From Chiloscyllium plagiosum (lineage: Eukaryota), in assembly GCF_004010195.1 (NCBI RefSeq), contig NC_057760.1, positions 4,617,689 through 4,637,688 on the forward strand: 20,000 nucleotides of DNA, given 5' to 3'. A program made the position numbers and the translations under genes. The notes under the pieces were generated by a model. It searched no databases. It saw nothing but the letters and a program-made list of their open reading frames with translations, and was not told the origin of the DNA. The number at the start of each line of letters is the position of its first letter. Within the stretch, counting starts at the first letter, position 1. Below are positions 1 to 10,417 of this stretch, in pieces.

Positions 1-262
1 AAATGGTGAACTTTGAATTCAGTAAATTTTCTGGAATAATATAAGCCAGTCTAACGATGACCATGTAATCACTGTTGATTGCTGTAAAAACCCAAGTAAA
101 TCATTAATGTCCTTCAGGGAAGGAAATCTGCCATCCTTATCTGGTCTGGTCCAAAATGTAAACACCGACGTATGACAATGTGGTTGACTGTTAATGGCAA
201 TTGGAGATGGGCAATTAATGCCAGGCCTTGCCAGTGAAACTCATGCTATGAATGAATAGAAG
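1..262 (+). mobile_element. Deu-domain (SacSINE1-like) SINE, 3' part
   Basis: Recognised motifs: 'aatgtccttcagggaaggaaatctgccatccttatctggtctgg', 'ggcaattggagatgggcaattaatgcc..gccttgccagtga' and an 'atgaatgaat' tail. Family named from memory. Confidence 0.65.
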
Positions 263-439
263 CCAAGCCCCTAGGTTCAATTCTCAATGTCCTCAAATTT
301 AGCAGACCATAACTCAGGAGGGGGCTGAGGTTGGTCCTGGTTACCCACTCCAGTTGGAAGTTATCAGCCCTATTCACCACAGTTCCTGGTCTAACACTTG
401 GTTTGTGGCCCTACGATGATCCAATAATTTGCACATACA

Positions 440-680
440 ATACTGGGAGCTAACATCTGTAGAAGTGACCATGTGTTTATCAGAGTTTTGACAAAACCTG
501 AAGTCCTTTACAGAAGGGAACCTGCTGTCTTTGTCTGGCCTATGACTAGAATCCCTACCCTCATGGTTGATGCTTAAGTAGCCTCTGAAGAGGCTTTCCA
601 AGGCACGTATCAAAAATTTTAGGGTAACTTGGACTGGGCAGTAAATGTCAACCTTGCAAGGTGATACCCTCAGATTGACG
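440..680 (+). mobile_element. Second, more degraded Deu-type SINE copy
   Basis: Similar to 1-262: 'gtcctttacagaagggaacctgctgtctttgtctggccta' and 'ggtaacttggactgggcagtaaatgtcaaccttgc'. Confidence 0.5.
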
Positions 681-815
681 GCAATTCGTTAATATCCAGG
701 TTCATCTGAAGAATGGGCACATGGATAAAGTGTCAATGGTCATGGACCAGTGTTCCTCAGCACCATCAGGAGTGATGAAGAAACAGATAAACTAGATTAG
801 TCCAGGATTCTGTAC

Positions 816-984
816 CTGAGAGGTTTGCGTTCAATGCAGACTTTATCAAAAACATCTTTCAAGAAAGAGGGTGGGTTCTCAGCTACCACATGGTGTACTC
901 GTAAGCGGGACTTCAGATACTCCACAAAGCGCTTCATAAACCCAACAAAATGCTCAGCCGTGCGAATATTACCAGGAACAGACT
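816..984 (-). CDS. ERCC2: ERCC2/XPD exon 11 (-ESVPGNIRTAEHFVGFMKRFVEYLKSRLRVHHVVAENPPSFLKDVFDKVCIERKPLR-)
   Basis: cag|AGTCTG...CCTCTCAG|gtacag; 169 nt; contained in ORF 797..994. Confidence 0.97.
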
Positions 985-1380
985 CTGGATTCACAACAAA
1001 AGAACATGTGATTAATGCTCTGCTCCATTCTCCTGAATCCAGGTGAGGAGGCAGGGTGCTTCAAGGATGAACAACAGAGGCGACAGGACCATGAAACAAA
1101 TCAATCGTTATGTGATGTGGGTAGACAGAATGGAAAGGCAATTCAAGTCTGAAACATCCAACATTGAGGAAGCTGCGGTTCAAAATCAATGGGTAAAATA
1201 TAGTTACATTCGCGAGGTGCCCAGGACATATCTTTTGGAGAAGAGGGAGGAAATTGGAGAAAATAAACTGAATTTCCAATAGGGTGCAGTACTCTGCAGC
1301 TTACCAAAATTGAAAGAACAGTTTGAGTGAAAGTGCGTATGAGTTCATGAACATTTTGCAATTGCTTTCATTTACTGTAC

Positions 1381-1514
1381 CTTGTAGAATTTCATCTGGC
1401 AATACAGGATTGGCTAAATAGACATCTGTTTCTCTGGCAATATGAGCTTCTTTCAGCCCCTCCACTAATTGTCTGTATTCTTCTTTCAGTTTGGCAGCAT
1501 CTGTTTCCTTTATA
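1381..1514 (-). CDS. ERCC2: ERCC2/XPD exon 10 ([44 protein letters not shown]), Arch domain
   Basis: cag|TATAAAG...CTACAAG|gtacag; 134 nt; LANPVLPDE motif. Confidence 0.96.
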
Positions 1515-1869
1515 CTGGAGAGAAAAACCGTTGTTTGGCGAGAGGATTAACAACCATTGAGTGAACGTCTAATATGTGAGAAAACACATCTCCATTTTGA
1601 TTATTTTTAAACTCATGCTGAGAAATCCACTTGAGTAAATTTCCTAATCTGAACAGAAACTTTCCCTGAGGGTCACAGTAATTGGCAGGATGGTCTGATG
1701 CCTGAGTGACAAAAACCAACAGTATTTACACAACAGCAACCACTCTATCAGTGAGCCTGCAGAATTGCTGAAATTTACAGATCGATAACAGACCTTTCAG
1801 TCCAAATGATTCATGTTAATGGTGATGAATCACCTGAGCCTTCTCACACTTTCCTTATTTAAGCCAACC

Positions 1870-2740
1870 TTGAAGGTTTTTTGCTGAAGTGACACAGTTG
1901 ATTGATGAGGGGAAGGGCTGTAGATGTCATACATGGACTTCAGTAAAGCGTTTGATAAGGTTCCACATGGTGGAGAAAGTGAAGTTGCATGGGGTCCAGA
2001 GTGTACTAGCTAGATGGCTAGAAAACTGGTTGGGCAGCAGAAGACAGAGAGTAGTAGTAGAAGGGAGTTTCTCAAAATGGAGGACTGTGGACAGTGGTGT
2101 TCCACAAGGATCCAGGTTGGGATCACTTGTTTGTGATATACAAATGATCTGGAGGAAGGTATAGGTGGTCTGATTAGCAAGTTTACCGATGAAACTAAGA
2201 TTGGTGGAGTAGCAAATAGTGAAGGGGACTGTCAGAGAATGTAGCAGAATATTGATAGGTTGGAGACTTGTTCGGAGAAATGGCAGATGGAGTTCAATCC
2301 GGGCAAACGCGAGGTAATGCATTTTGGAAGATCCAATTCAAGAGCAAACTATACGGTAAATGGAAAAGCCCTGGGCAAAATTCTTGTACAGAGAGATCTG
2401 GGTGCTCAGGTCCAATGTACCCTGAAGGTGGCAATACAGGTCAACAGAGTGATTAAGAAGGCATATGGTATGCTTTCCCTTATCAGATGGGATATTGAGT
2501 ACAAGAGTTGGCAGATCATGTTACAGTTGGAAAGGACTTTGGTTTGGGGGCCTGGAACGCGTTGCCGGCGGAGGTGGTAGAGGCGGGCACAATAGTGTCA
2601 TTTAAGATGTATCGAAACAGATACATGAATGGGCAGGGAGCAGAGGGATACGGATCCTTTGAAAATAGGCAGGTTTAGATAGAGGATATGGATCGGCGCA
2701 GCCGAAGGGCCTGTCCCCGTGTTGTTAATTTTCTTTGTTA
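1870..2740 (+). mobile_element. CR1-clade LINE 3' fragment (degenerate RT, internal deletion near 2545, 3' UTR)
   Basis: Frameshifted RT motifs: MDFSKAFDKVPH, WLENWLGSRRQRVVV, SGVPQGS, WQMEFNPGKREVMHFG, RDLG. Confidence 0.92.
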
Positions 2741-2743
2741 CTG

Positions 2744-2850
2744 CGTGCAGAGGTAGTAAGCTTATCTCTGAACCAAGAAGCCCAGGTTCAAGCCCCGCCA
2801 GCTCCACAAGTATGTCATAACATATCCAAATAGACTGATTATAAATATCG
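2744..2850 (+). mobile_element. Short tRNA-derived SINE (~110 bp)
   Basis: B-box-like 'ggttcaagccc'; similar to the copy at 19701-19810 ('tctgaac..gaag.cc.ggtt.aag.cc...gctcca...gt.tgt.ataacat.tc'). Confidence 0.55.
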
Positions 2851-3145
2851 ACTTAACCTTACTCTCTGTTGCTTTCTTTTTCACATCTATCCATTTTACC
2901 CATAAATGTATCTATGCTATTCACACCAATCATTCAATGTAGAAACACGTTGCACATTCTCACTGTTCTCTGGGGACAAATAAAAATCTCTTGTATCTGC
3001 CTAAATGCAAACTCTGCAATCTGGCCCTGTCCTGATGAGTCTCTTGCTACTGCTCAGAGTTTACTCCATCTTGTCAATATATTGCTGTTCTTCATCATGA
3101 GCAGCTAAGTGGAAAAACAACATTTTTCCAGTCCATCTTGTTCCT

Positions 3146-3322
3146 AGGTCTGGCAACAATTGTGGAAAGGGAAAGAGATAATATTTTAGGTTGATGGCCT
3201 TTCAGAAGACAAAAAGCCATTGACCTTAAATATTAAGCATTTTTCTCTCTCGACAAACCCAAGTACCTTCAGAATTTCCTGATATTGTTTGTGATTTCTA
3301 GCATCCACATTATTTGGTTTTA
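3146..3322. mobile_element. Old palindromic Penelope-derived element with a decayed hammerhead-like centre
   Basis: Imperfect inverted repeat: 'aatattttaggttgatggcctt' pairs with 'aagccattgaccttaaatatt'. The tail 'gatttctagcatccaca' resembles 'gatctccagcatctgca' of the young copies. Confidence 0.5.
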
Positions 3323-3418
3323 TTGTTTGTATATCTGGTTTAATCTATTCTAGGCCAAGTCACTGTGACAGAATGAGCCATGAAGAAAATTGATCAAAAT
3401 ATCAACTGAATGACTTAC

Positions 3419-3515
3419 TGTTGGATGGTCTTTTGTATTGTTTCAATGTTGTTCTGACATTGGTCTAACATGCGCCGAGTAATGTTCACACTCATTGAGT
3501 CAATGCATACATTGT
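3419..3515 (-). CDS. ERCC2: ERCC2/XPD exon 9 ([32 protein letters not shown])
   Basis: cag|ACAATG...CCAACA|gtaagt; 97 nt; phases fit exons 8 and 10. Confidence 0.96.
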
Positions 3516-3988
3516 CTGCAAAGCATTTGTAGAAATGACATGTTAAAAATATTTTTGTTTTCAAATATATGGACATGTTTTTAAAAAGAACAGGACAATC
3601 GGAACGTTGTAGAATTGAGCAATCAATGGTCTAGATCTACAATTCTGGGATGGAATCCAGCTCTGGTCAGACAGAAGACCTCCCAAGATTTGCTGCTGCA
3701 AGAGCATTTTATCTTTATAAAATAAATGAGGGATACACTCATTCCAAGTCCAGAGCATAAAATTTTATCCCATTTACTCAAGACACCCATGATCGATATG
3801 ATTAATAAGGACAAGTTCTGAACTTAGTGAAATGGGGACATGATTTGCTAAGGTATTCTGCACCTGACCTAGAAACAGGTCACACAGAAACTGTTGTCAA
3901 CTGAAATGAAAAGGATCACAATAAATAAACATAATTACAATTATATGTCTTATTATAATATATTGAGAACTGCAGTATAACAACATAC

Positions 3989-4112
3989 CGATATTGTGAG
4001 CCTCATCAAATACCACCACTGATTTCCGAGACAGCTCCTTGGAGACCAGGTCTGCAATCTTGGGGTCCAGCAGGTAGTGGTAACTATACACAATGATGTT
4101 TGCGTGTAGAAT
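3989..4112 (-). CDS. ERCC2: ERCC2/XPD exon 8 ([41 protein letters not shown]), motif II DEAH
   Basis: cag|ATTCTA...AATATCG|gtatgt; 124 nt; FDEAHNI motif. Confidence 0.97.
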
Positions 4113-4655
4113 CTGACAGAAGTATCACAAAGCTGATGCATTTGTGGATTAAAAGCAGTTAAATAACATATGATCCTAAAACATTTGTCCACCCATTCTG
4201 AAGACAACATCTGGTTTGGACACCATTCAACAGAGAACCGCTCAATCTCTGGAACTTTGACGGAGACATCACTTGTTAGTTAGTCCTAGTGACCTACTCT
4301 ACCATAGCACTGTCCTGTTCAAGCCTAATTCTGTTCTAATCCAAACTTCCCAAACCCAGTCACATTGTCACTTGCACACATAAAGACAAGTGTACGTATA
4401 TTCACTCTCTTGCAGATAATCACTCATCCACATGTCCATACAGATCCCCTGGCTGGGGGTCATTACAGAACAATCAGGACAGTATTGGCAGATATTTTCC
4501 CTATGCCCTTAGCCAAGCCTGCAAATGACCGCATCACTCAATCATCACCTCAGCAAACTCAGGAAAGATTGGAGCTGAAGCACAATATTCCAGGTAGTCT
4601 GGCTTAGATCCTTCCCTTGGAATGGGAATATGCGCATTGTGAAGGAGATCAGGAT

Positions 4656-4748
4656 CAGTTCTGATAAAGAGTGACTGGACTCAAAATGTTAACTCTGGTT
4701 TTCTCTCAATAGGTACTGCCAGACCTGCTGAGTTTCTCCAACACTCTC
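4656..4748 (+). mobile_element. Penelope-derived 3' terminal fragment with a decayed hammerhead motif
   Basis: agtt-CTGATAA-agagt..actc-AAAAT-GTT-aact, followed by 'ctgccagacctgctgagtttctcca' (compare 'ctgcctgacctgctgcgcttttcca' in the young copies). Confidence 0.6.
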
Positions 4749-4913
4749 TAAGCTATAATACTTTCTAGAGGAAAGATTCATCAATGCACCCTGAAGCTTG
4801 TTCAGTGAACAGTGCAAGGTCAAAGGTGCAGTACAGAGCCAATGCCTTACCTTGAAGAGAACTGGATACCAAAACTCTGTCATTTGCCAAAGGGAAAGGT
4901 GGAATGCACTTAC

Positions 4914-5030
4914 AGAATATCTGGCCAGGAAATAGGGACACCATCCTTTCTGCTTCCCATAAGCTTTCAAGTCATCTAGGTTATAAATTCCAGAAGTTAG
5001 TGGCACTTGTTTCCCATGGAGATCAAACTC
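4914..5030 (-). CDS. ERCC2: ERCC2/XPD exon 7 ([39 protein letters not shown]), Fe-S ligand C190
   Basis: cag|GAGTTT...TATTCT|gtaagt; 117 nt; WCPYF motif. Confidence 0.97.
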
Positions 5031-5494
5031 CTGTCAGAGAAAATACACAAACACAAACTGCAGAATCAATCACTCAGTGAGAAAGCTAACATAGTGACTG
5101 ATGTTAACAAGCTGGAGGTATCAATTAAATAAAAGAAGAGCACAAATACTGGCAAACTTGAGTTTTTAAAAATAGACTGCAGGTTGTAGAGAGGAGATAA
5201 GATTTACGAAGGGTAGGATGGAGAGAGACAGAGGAAGGCCAGAGATGGAGACAAATTGGAAGGAATATGAAGGGCTTTGGAGACAGCAACATCTAACCTA
5301 TGACTTCAACAGATGCATAAGAACATTACCAAATGCAAGCTTCCTTCCAAACTACACACCATCCGGACTGGTTCTGCTTCAATGTTACTGGAATCCCAGA
5401 ATTCTTACGCAAACAGTCATCACTTTCTCAATAATTTTTAGTCTCGGCCCATGCTGTCTATATTTCATAAACAAAATAAGACAAAGGGAGATGA

Positions 5495-5565
5495 AGGGAG
5501 GGGAGCTGAGGGTGTGAGGAGAGGGAGAGAGAGAGGAGAGTGTGAGTGTGAGGAGAGGGAGGGAA
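5495..5565. repeat. GA/GT-rich low-complexity tract
   Basis: 'gggaggggagctgagggtgtgaggagagggagagagaggagagtgtgagtgtgaggagagggaggg'. Confidence 0.8.
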
Positions 5566-6607
5566 GCTTTCTTCAGTTTTGATATGAGGGGTGTTCCAAT
5601 CTCAGCTGGTGGCAAACCTAGACAAGTCAGATCCTACAGTGAAATCTGGCTTGACAGATCATACGTTATAATCTTGCAACTTGGTTACCTAATAGTTAAT
5701 CACTGCATATAATTCACATGGGGCTGCCAATTTACTTTTAACAAAAGAACAGAAGTTTATGCTTGAGGGAAAAAAAGTAGAGGACAATTTGGTAAAATGT
5801 TATTATAAATGACAAAAAGGAAGACTCAACATTTTTCTCTGCAATATACTTGACAGATACTAAACCCAGTGAAGTATCAATTCTAACTTTATTTTTAAAA
5901 ATGTCTTACTCAGCTATTGAGATCACAAGCATTTCCCTTCAGTAACTTTCTGCACATTCATCAAAAGTGACTCTCCCTGAGACACTCAGGCACAAGCTAA
6001 CTCATTGACATTTCTCATGGAACTCTAAGAGAAGAAACTTCAGGGCTTTTTCCTGTTACTTTGACTCCTTTAGGGCTGCTAAACAGCAGATGTACTGGCA
6101 AGAATCTTTCCTTCTCGACTGAACTTGCTTTTGGCTTATTTTTCTCTGGGTTGAAAAATTTAACTTAGGAAATCATTACCAGTGATTGTCTAGGTGACTT
6201 GCCCAATTGTTTAGCTTAAGTCACATGATTTCTTAGAAATACTGTTTTGATCCAATGTTTCTGACCCTTCAAAAAAAAAACAAATTACCTTTGCAGACCT
6301 AAAACCCATTTACTCTACATTTGAACTCAAGTTGAAAATAACAATATGTTATAAATTTCATCATATAAGAAACAATAATTTTCAAGTGAATGTGGGGAAC
6401 CAAGAGAGGATGCAGCAAGGATGCATAGATTGGATGTGGAATAAACATTCACAACAGCAAAGGCAGTCTGGTCTGTCCAAAAATGCTCACACTAAGCAAA
6501 CCAAGCTTGCAATGGTGTGAAGACATCAAGTGTAAAGAACCTGACTGTTCAGTTACTAGGCAGGGATTTTAATTTAGACTTTACAGATCTTAGCTGCTAT
6601 CATGTAC

Positions 6608-6724
6608 CTCATAGAACTGGCAGATGGGCACAGTGGGATTGCTGGAGTGCTGCATTCTGATGTGTGATGCAGTCAGGCTACGACACTTTCCATCAACTTC
6701 CTTTCCAAACCTCTGAGAACTAAC
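6608..6724 (-). CDS. ERCC2: ERCC2/XPD exon 6 (VSSQRFGKEVDGKCRSLTASHIRMQHSSNPTVPICQFYE), Fe-S ligands C134 and C155
   Basis: cag|GTTAGT...TATGAG|gtacat; 117 nt; translated by hand, absent from the ORF track. Confidence 0.96.
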
Positions 6725-6728
6725 CTGT

Positions 6729-7375
6729 AAATAGCAAGATAAAAATCAAACTACAGAAGAGCTTCATTATTTATTTTAAAAAGTAGAGAAAAGTTGCAAT
6801 CCTACAACAGGTTTTCTTGGAACATTTCACCCAACTAGTGCCATTGCTCCACAGTTTGAAAATTGGATGTAGGTTTGCTCGCTGAGCTGGAAGGTTCATT
6901 TTCAAACGTCTCATCACCATACTAGGTAACATCTTCAATGACGTCATTTCTTATGGCAATGTCATTTCCTGTTCTTTTTCTCAGGGGGTAAATGGGGTCC
7001 AAGTCAATGTGTTTGTTGGTAGAGTTCCAGTTGAAATGCTATGATCCTAGGAATTCTCGTGCGCGTCCCTATTTTCGGCTTGTCCTAGGATGGATGTGTT
7101 GTCCCAGTCGAAATGATGCCCTACCTTATCAATTTGAAAGCTACGATTGTTAATAAGTCCATCTCTGGCAACAGAGAATTTAGCTGTGGTCTTGGCATTC
7201 AATGGCATTACCATTACTGAATCCCTCAGTATCAACATCTTGGGTATACCATTAACTGAACTAGACCAGCCATATAAAAGCAATATAAATATCAAACTAC
7301 AGAAGAACTGCATCATTTATTTTAAAAAGTAGAGAAAAGTTGCGATTCTACAGCAAATTTTCTCAGAACACATTT
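6729..7375. repeat. ~100-bp local direct duplication (6729-6827 and 7275-7375)
   Basis: Both copies contain 'atcaaactacagaaga...tttattttaaaaagtagagaaaagttgc.at.ctaca.ca..tttct'. Confidence 0.9.
6862..7130 (-). mobile_element. Penelope-like element (PLE) 3' fragment: end of GIY-YIG endonuclease region plus pLTR with a mutated hammerhead
   Basis: Minus strand encodes GHHFDWDNTSILGQA, then after a frameshift REFLGS*HFNWNSTNKHIDLDPIY. Downstream: TTGAAGA-tgttacc-tagtat-ggtgat-GAGAC-GTT. Possible TSD cagtttgaaa (6852-6861) / caatttgaaa (7130-7139). Confidence 0.8.
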
Positions 7376-8030
7376 GTGGGTGGCATGGTGGCTCAGTCAT
7401 TAGCACTGCTGCCTCACAGCGCCAGGGACCCAGGTTTATTCCAGCCTCAGGTGACTGTCTGTGTGGAGTTTGCACATTCTCCCTGTGTCTACTTCAGTTT
7501 CCTCCCACAGTCCAAAAATGTGAAGGTTAGGTGAATTGGCCATGTTAAATTGCCCACAATATTCAGGGATGTGTAGGTTAGATGCATTAGTCAGGGGAAA
7601 TGTAGAGTAATAGGGAAGGGGAATGGGTCTGGGTAGGATACTCTTCAGAGGATCGGTGTGGACGTGCTGGGCTGAATGGCCTGTTTCCACACTGTAGGGA
7701 TTGAATGACTTTTAAGATTCTATGAAAAGCAGATCACAGACTAGAAATCCTGCAGTGAATAACTCACTTCCTGTCTCCCCAAATACTGTTCCAACATCTA
7801 TAAGGTGCAAGTCAGGAATATGATGGAATACTCCCCACTTGCCTGGCTGACACAGTTCCAACTACACTCAAGAAGCTTGACACCATTCAGGACAAAGCAG
7901 TCCAACTGAACTGTGACCCATCCATCACCTTGAACAATCACTCCCTTTATGACCAGCACACAGTACCAAAAGTCCATAATATCTGTAAGGTGCACTCTGT
8001 TAACTCACCAAGGCTCTTTTGACAGCACCC
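7165..8030 (+). mobile_element. L2/Crack-like LINE ORF2 3' fragment, split into 7165-7277 and 7721-8030
   Basis: First part encodes FNGITITESLSINILG; second part encodes IYKVQVRNMMEYSPLAW...KKLDTIQDKA. Interrupted by the duplicated segment and a SINE. Confidence 0.7.
7376..7720 (+). mobile_element. HE1-type V-SINE (tRNA-derived shark SINE)
   Basis: A-box-like 'tggctcagtcatt', V-domain 'ctgtgtggagtttgcacattctccc...cctcccacagtccaaa', CR1-like tail 'gggctgaatggcctgtttccacactgtagggatt'. Confidence 0.88.
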
Positions 8031-8413
8031 ATTGACAGTGTGGCAGTCCCTCAGCACTGACCTGACAACAGAGCAACCCTCGCGAGCACGGACTCTACAA
8101 CAGTTTGATGGTCCCAAAATTGAGATTGAAGCCACGGTTTTTTGACTTTTAACAAGAGTTGTGAATTGCAACTTTAGAGTTAAATTTTTATTCACTGAAA
8201 TTTGTACTTCTAGCAGAAGAGCTTATTCCTTCCTCAGACCTCAGTCTACATGACCAGCAAGACAGATATTGGATGAGTTGGAGCAATGGAAAGCTCACCA
8301 CCCTATCACCTTATGGAGACTGACCTGTCAGTTCAAAGATGAAGGAGATCCAAAGTGCATGTAAACATCTGCTTTTTCAGCAATCACACAGAGCACTGTT
8401 CAGCAAAACTAAC

Positions 8414-8527
8414 CTCTGGGTGGATGCAGAGATTCTTCCTGGAGCTCAGAGCCAGAGCCAAGAATTCAATATTGTTGCCAGACAGTTTCTCGTAATAATC
8501 GATCAGCTTCCGCAGCTCCTCAATGAC
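8414..8527 (-). CDS. ERCC2: ERCC2/XPD exon 5 ([38 protein letters not shown]), includes Fe-S ligand C116 and R112
   Basis: cag|GTCATT...CCAGAG|gttagt; 114 nt; contained in ORF 8384..8737. Confidence 0.97.
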
Positions 8528-8585
8528 CTGAGAAGATGGGGTGGGAGGTTTAAGAGAGAACAGGGTGTAGAAGTGTGGGGGGGGA

Positions 8586-8710
8586 AGAGAGAGAGACAGA
8601 GAGAGAGAAGAGAGAGAAGAGTGAAGAGAGAGGAGTGGGAGAGGGCAGAGACAGAGGGAAAGTAAGCAAAAGAGAGACAGAGGAGAGGATGGAGGAATAC
8701 ACAGAGTGAG
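8586..8710. repeat. (GA)n-rich imperfect microsatellite; a long pyrimidine tract upstream of the exon 5 acceptor on the gene strand
   Basis: 'agagagagacagagagagagaagagagagaagagtgaagagagagg...'. Confidence 0.9.
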
Positions 8711-9000
8711 AGTTTTTTTTAATAAACAGGTTTGCAATGTTCAGAAATATCATTCTTTTTAAATGAACACCACAAACTGCAGTGCTCAAAATTAAGGTTT
8801 TTACATGTTGGCAACACAGACTGTCCACAGATCTTTTGATGCACATCCTGTCAAGGGTCAACATAACGTTTCTTCCCTTCCCCACCACCCAAGATCAAGA
8901 GGGTTACTTTTTGAACTTTTTGCAGCCACATCCTCACTCTCGCCAACTCCTTCATTCAGTGATGAGGTCACACAGTAACATTATTGTGTATTTGTGTTGA

Positions 9001-9213
9001 GGTGAAAATGTGTTGCTGGAAAAGCGCAGCAGGTCAGGCAGCATCCAAGGAGCAGGAGAATCGCGTTTCGGGCACGAGCCCTTCAGCCCTGAAGAAAGGC
9101 TCATGCCCGAAACGTCGATTCTCCTGCTCCTTGGATGCTGCCTGACCTGCTGCGCTTTTCCAGCAACACATTTTCAGCTCTGATCTCCAGCATCTGCAGT
9201 CCTCACTTTCTCC
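9001..9213 (+). mobile_element. Palindromic non-autonomous Penelope-derived element, copy A
   Basis: Inverted repeat 9003-9176 plus unique tail ending 'cagtcctcactttctcc'. Perfect 12-bp TSD TATTTGTGTTGA at 8989-9000 and 9214-9225. Confidence 0.9.
9086..9120 (+). ncRNA. Minimal type I hammerhead ribozyme motif (Penelope type); activity uncertain
   Basis: CTGAAGA (9089-9095), stem II ggc-tcat-gcc, GAAAC (9109-9113), GTC (9114-9116). Helix III is the palindromic ACGT; helix I is weak. Confidence 0.55.
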
Positions 9214-9439
9214 TATTTGTGTTGAAGCGCAGGATTTTAATTCACTGAAGAATTGGAACAATCAATATTCTCAATAAATACCAATCCTCGATTCAACTTA
9301 AATGAAAACACCATCATATTTAAATTGACACAAGACAATAACCATCAGCAATAGAAGGTTTTTTTTCAATAACTGGCACACACTTTATAAGCAGCACATT
9401 TATTTGCACTGAACTTACTACCTGTGCGTTGAAGCTATT

Positions 9440-9880
9440 TTGGTTCCCAGTCAGCCAGGCATTCCTTAGCTGAGAGTCTCCCTCCCCCACAACTCTCCTA
9501 CTCACTTTGTCCCTCTCCCTTCTCTAGTTGCAGCTTCTCGCCTCACCCAGTAAACTGTCTGCCACCCTTATAGCTAAGTACAGCAGATCCTCCTACCCCA
9601 CCAAACTGTCAGACTCACTCACGTAACTCCTGCTACCCTCCCCCAGATCACCAGGCAGACTCACTGCCCCGCTCTGATAAATCAGCCACCTTGCCTGGCT
9701 GACTTGCTAACCACACACCCTTGTTCCCATCCCACCCTATTCCCTAAATACATGCCACTAATACACACCTTGCCGATGTCCTGGCACCCTCCCCTCCCTA
9801 TCTGCCTCACTTGGCAGCCTCCTATCCTAGCTGCAACAAATCCCACCTCCCCCCTCCGCCCCCCAAATACACAACTGTTG
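9440..9880. repeat. C-rich, strand-skewed low-complexity region
   Basis: Many C runs; weak internal repeats such as 'aaactgtc' and 'cagactcact'. Origin unclear. Confidence 0.4.
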
Positions 9881-10354
9881 CTGATGGATTGACTTGTTAA
9901 CCTATCAACAGCAAACATGAGGAGAAACAGCTTGTAATTGGAAGATCAATTTCTGTCCAACGTTTTCAGTTCCACTTAGCAGAGTGGTGACATTTCTCAT
10001 CACTTCCCTCCCCTACTCCACCCATAACTGTGATTCACTTTATCTTTGTGATTTGGCCACTTTTGGGACATTCTCTACCCCTTCCTAGTTACTATATATT
10101 TTGAACAAAGATCTTGGGTGTCCAAGATCATCAAAACTTAAATGCTGGAAATAGAATCAACTTCATAAATACAATGAAAATAACACAGTGTAAACTGTTG
10201 GAGGAACTAAACTTGGTCTCAATGCCCCTAGGATAGAGAGGCGCAAGTGATAAGGATGAGGCAGATCCATCAATGAAAGATAATTTTAATTCTGGTTTGC
10301 AGTGTATACAGTGATTGTTAAAACAAAAATAGGGATTTCACAAATTGCACCTAC

Positions 10355-10417
10355 CTTCTCGATCTCAGGAACTGTTCGAGAGCAGTAGATGAGTTTAGTC
10401 ACTTCTGTTGGATATGT
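10355..10417 (-). CDS. ERCC2: ERCC2/XPD exon 4 ([21 protein letters not shown]), motif Ia
   Basis: ctag|ACATAT...GAGAAG|gtaggt; 63 nt; near-identical to human [21 protein letters not shown]. Confidence 0.97.

Noticed and set aside
1..815. ERCC2 exon 12
   Set aside because: No FCAERL-like coding sequence found; it presumably lies beyond the window start.
5623..6350. Small hairpin (caagtcagat/atctggcttg) and AT-rich block as a possible LTR or DNA transposon
   Set aside because: I could not define termini, a TSD or a second copy.
8339..8888. Overlapping 108-117 aa ORFs
   Set aside because: Open because of the GA microsatellite and exon 5; only 8414-8527 is coding.
9034..9261. ORF with peptide MCCWKSAAGQAASKEQENRRFG, recurring near 16746
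   Set aside because: It is a translation of the palindromic repeat arm, not a gene.
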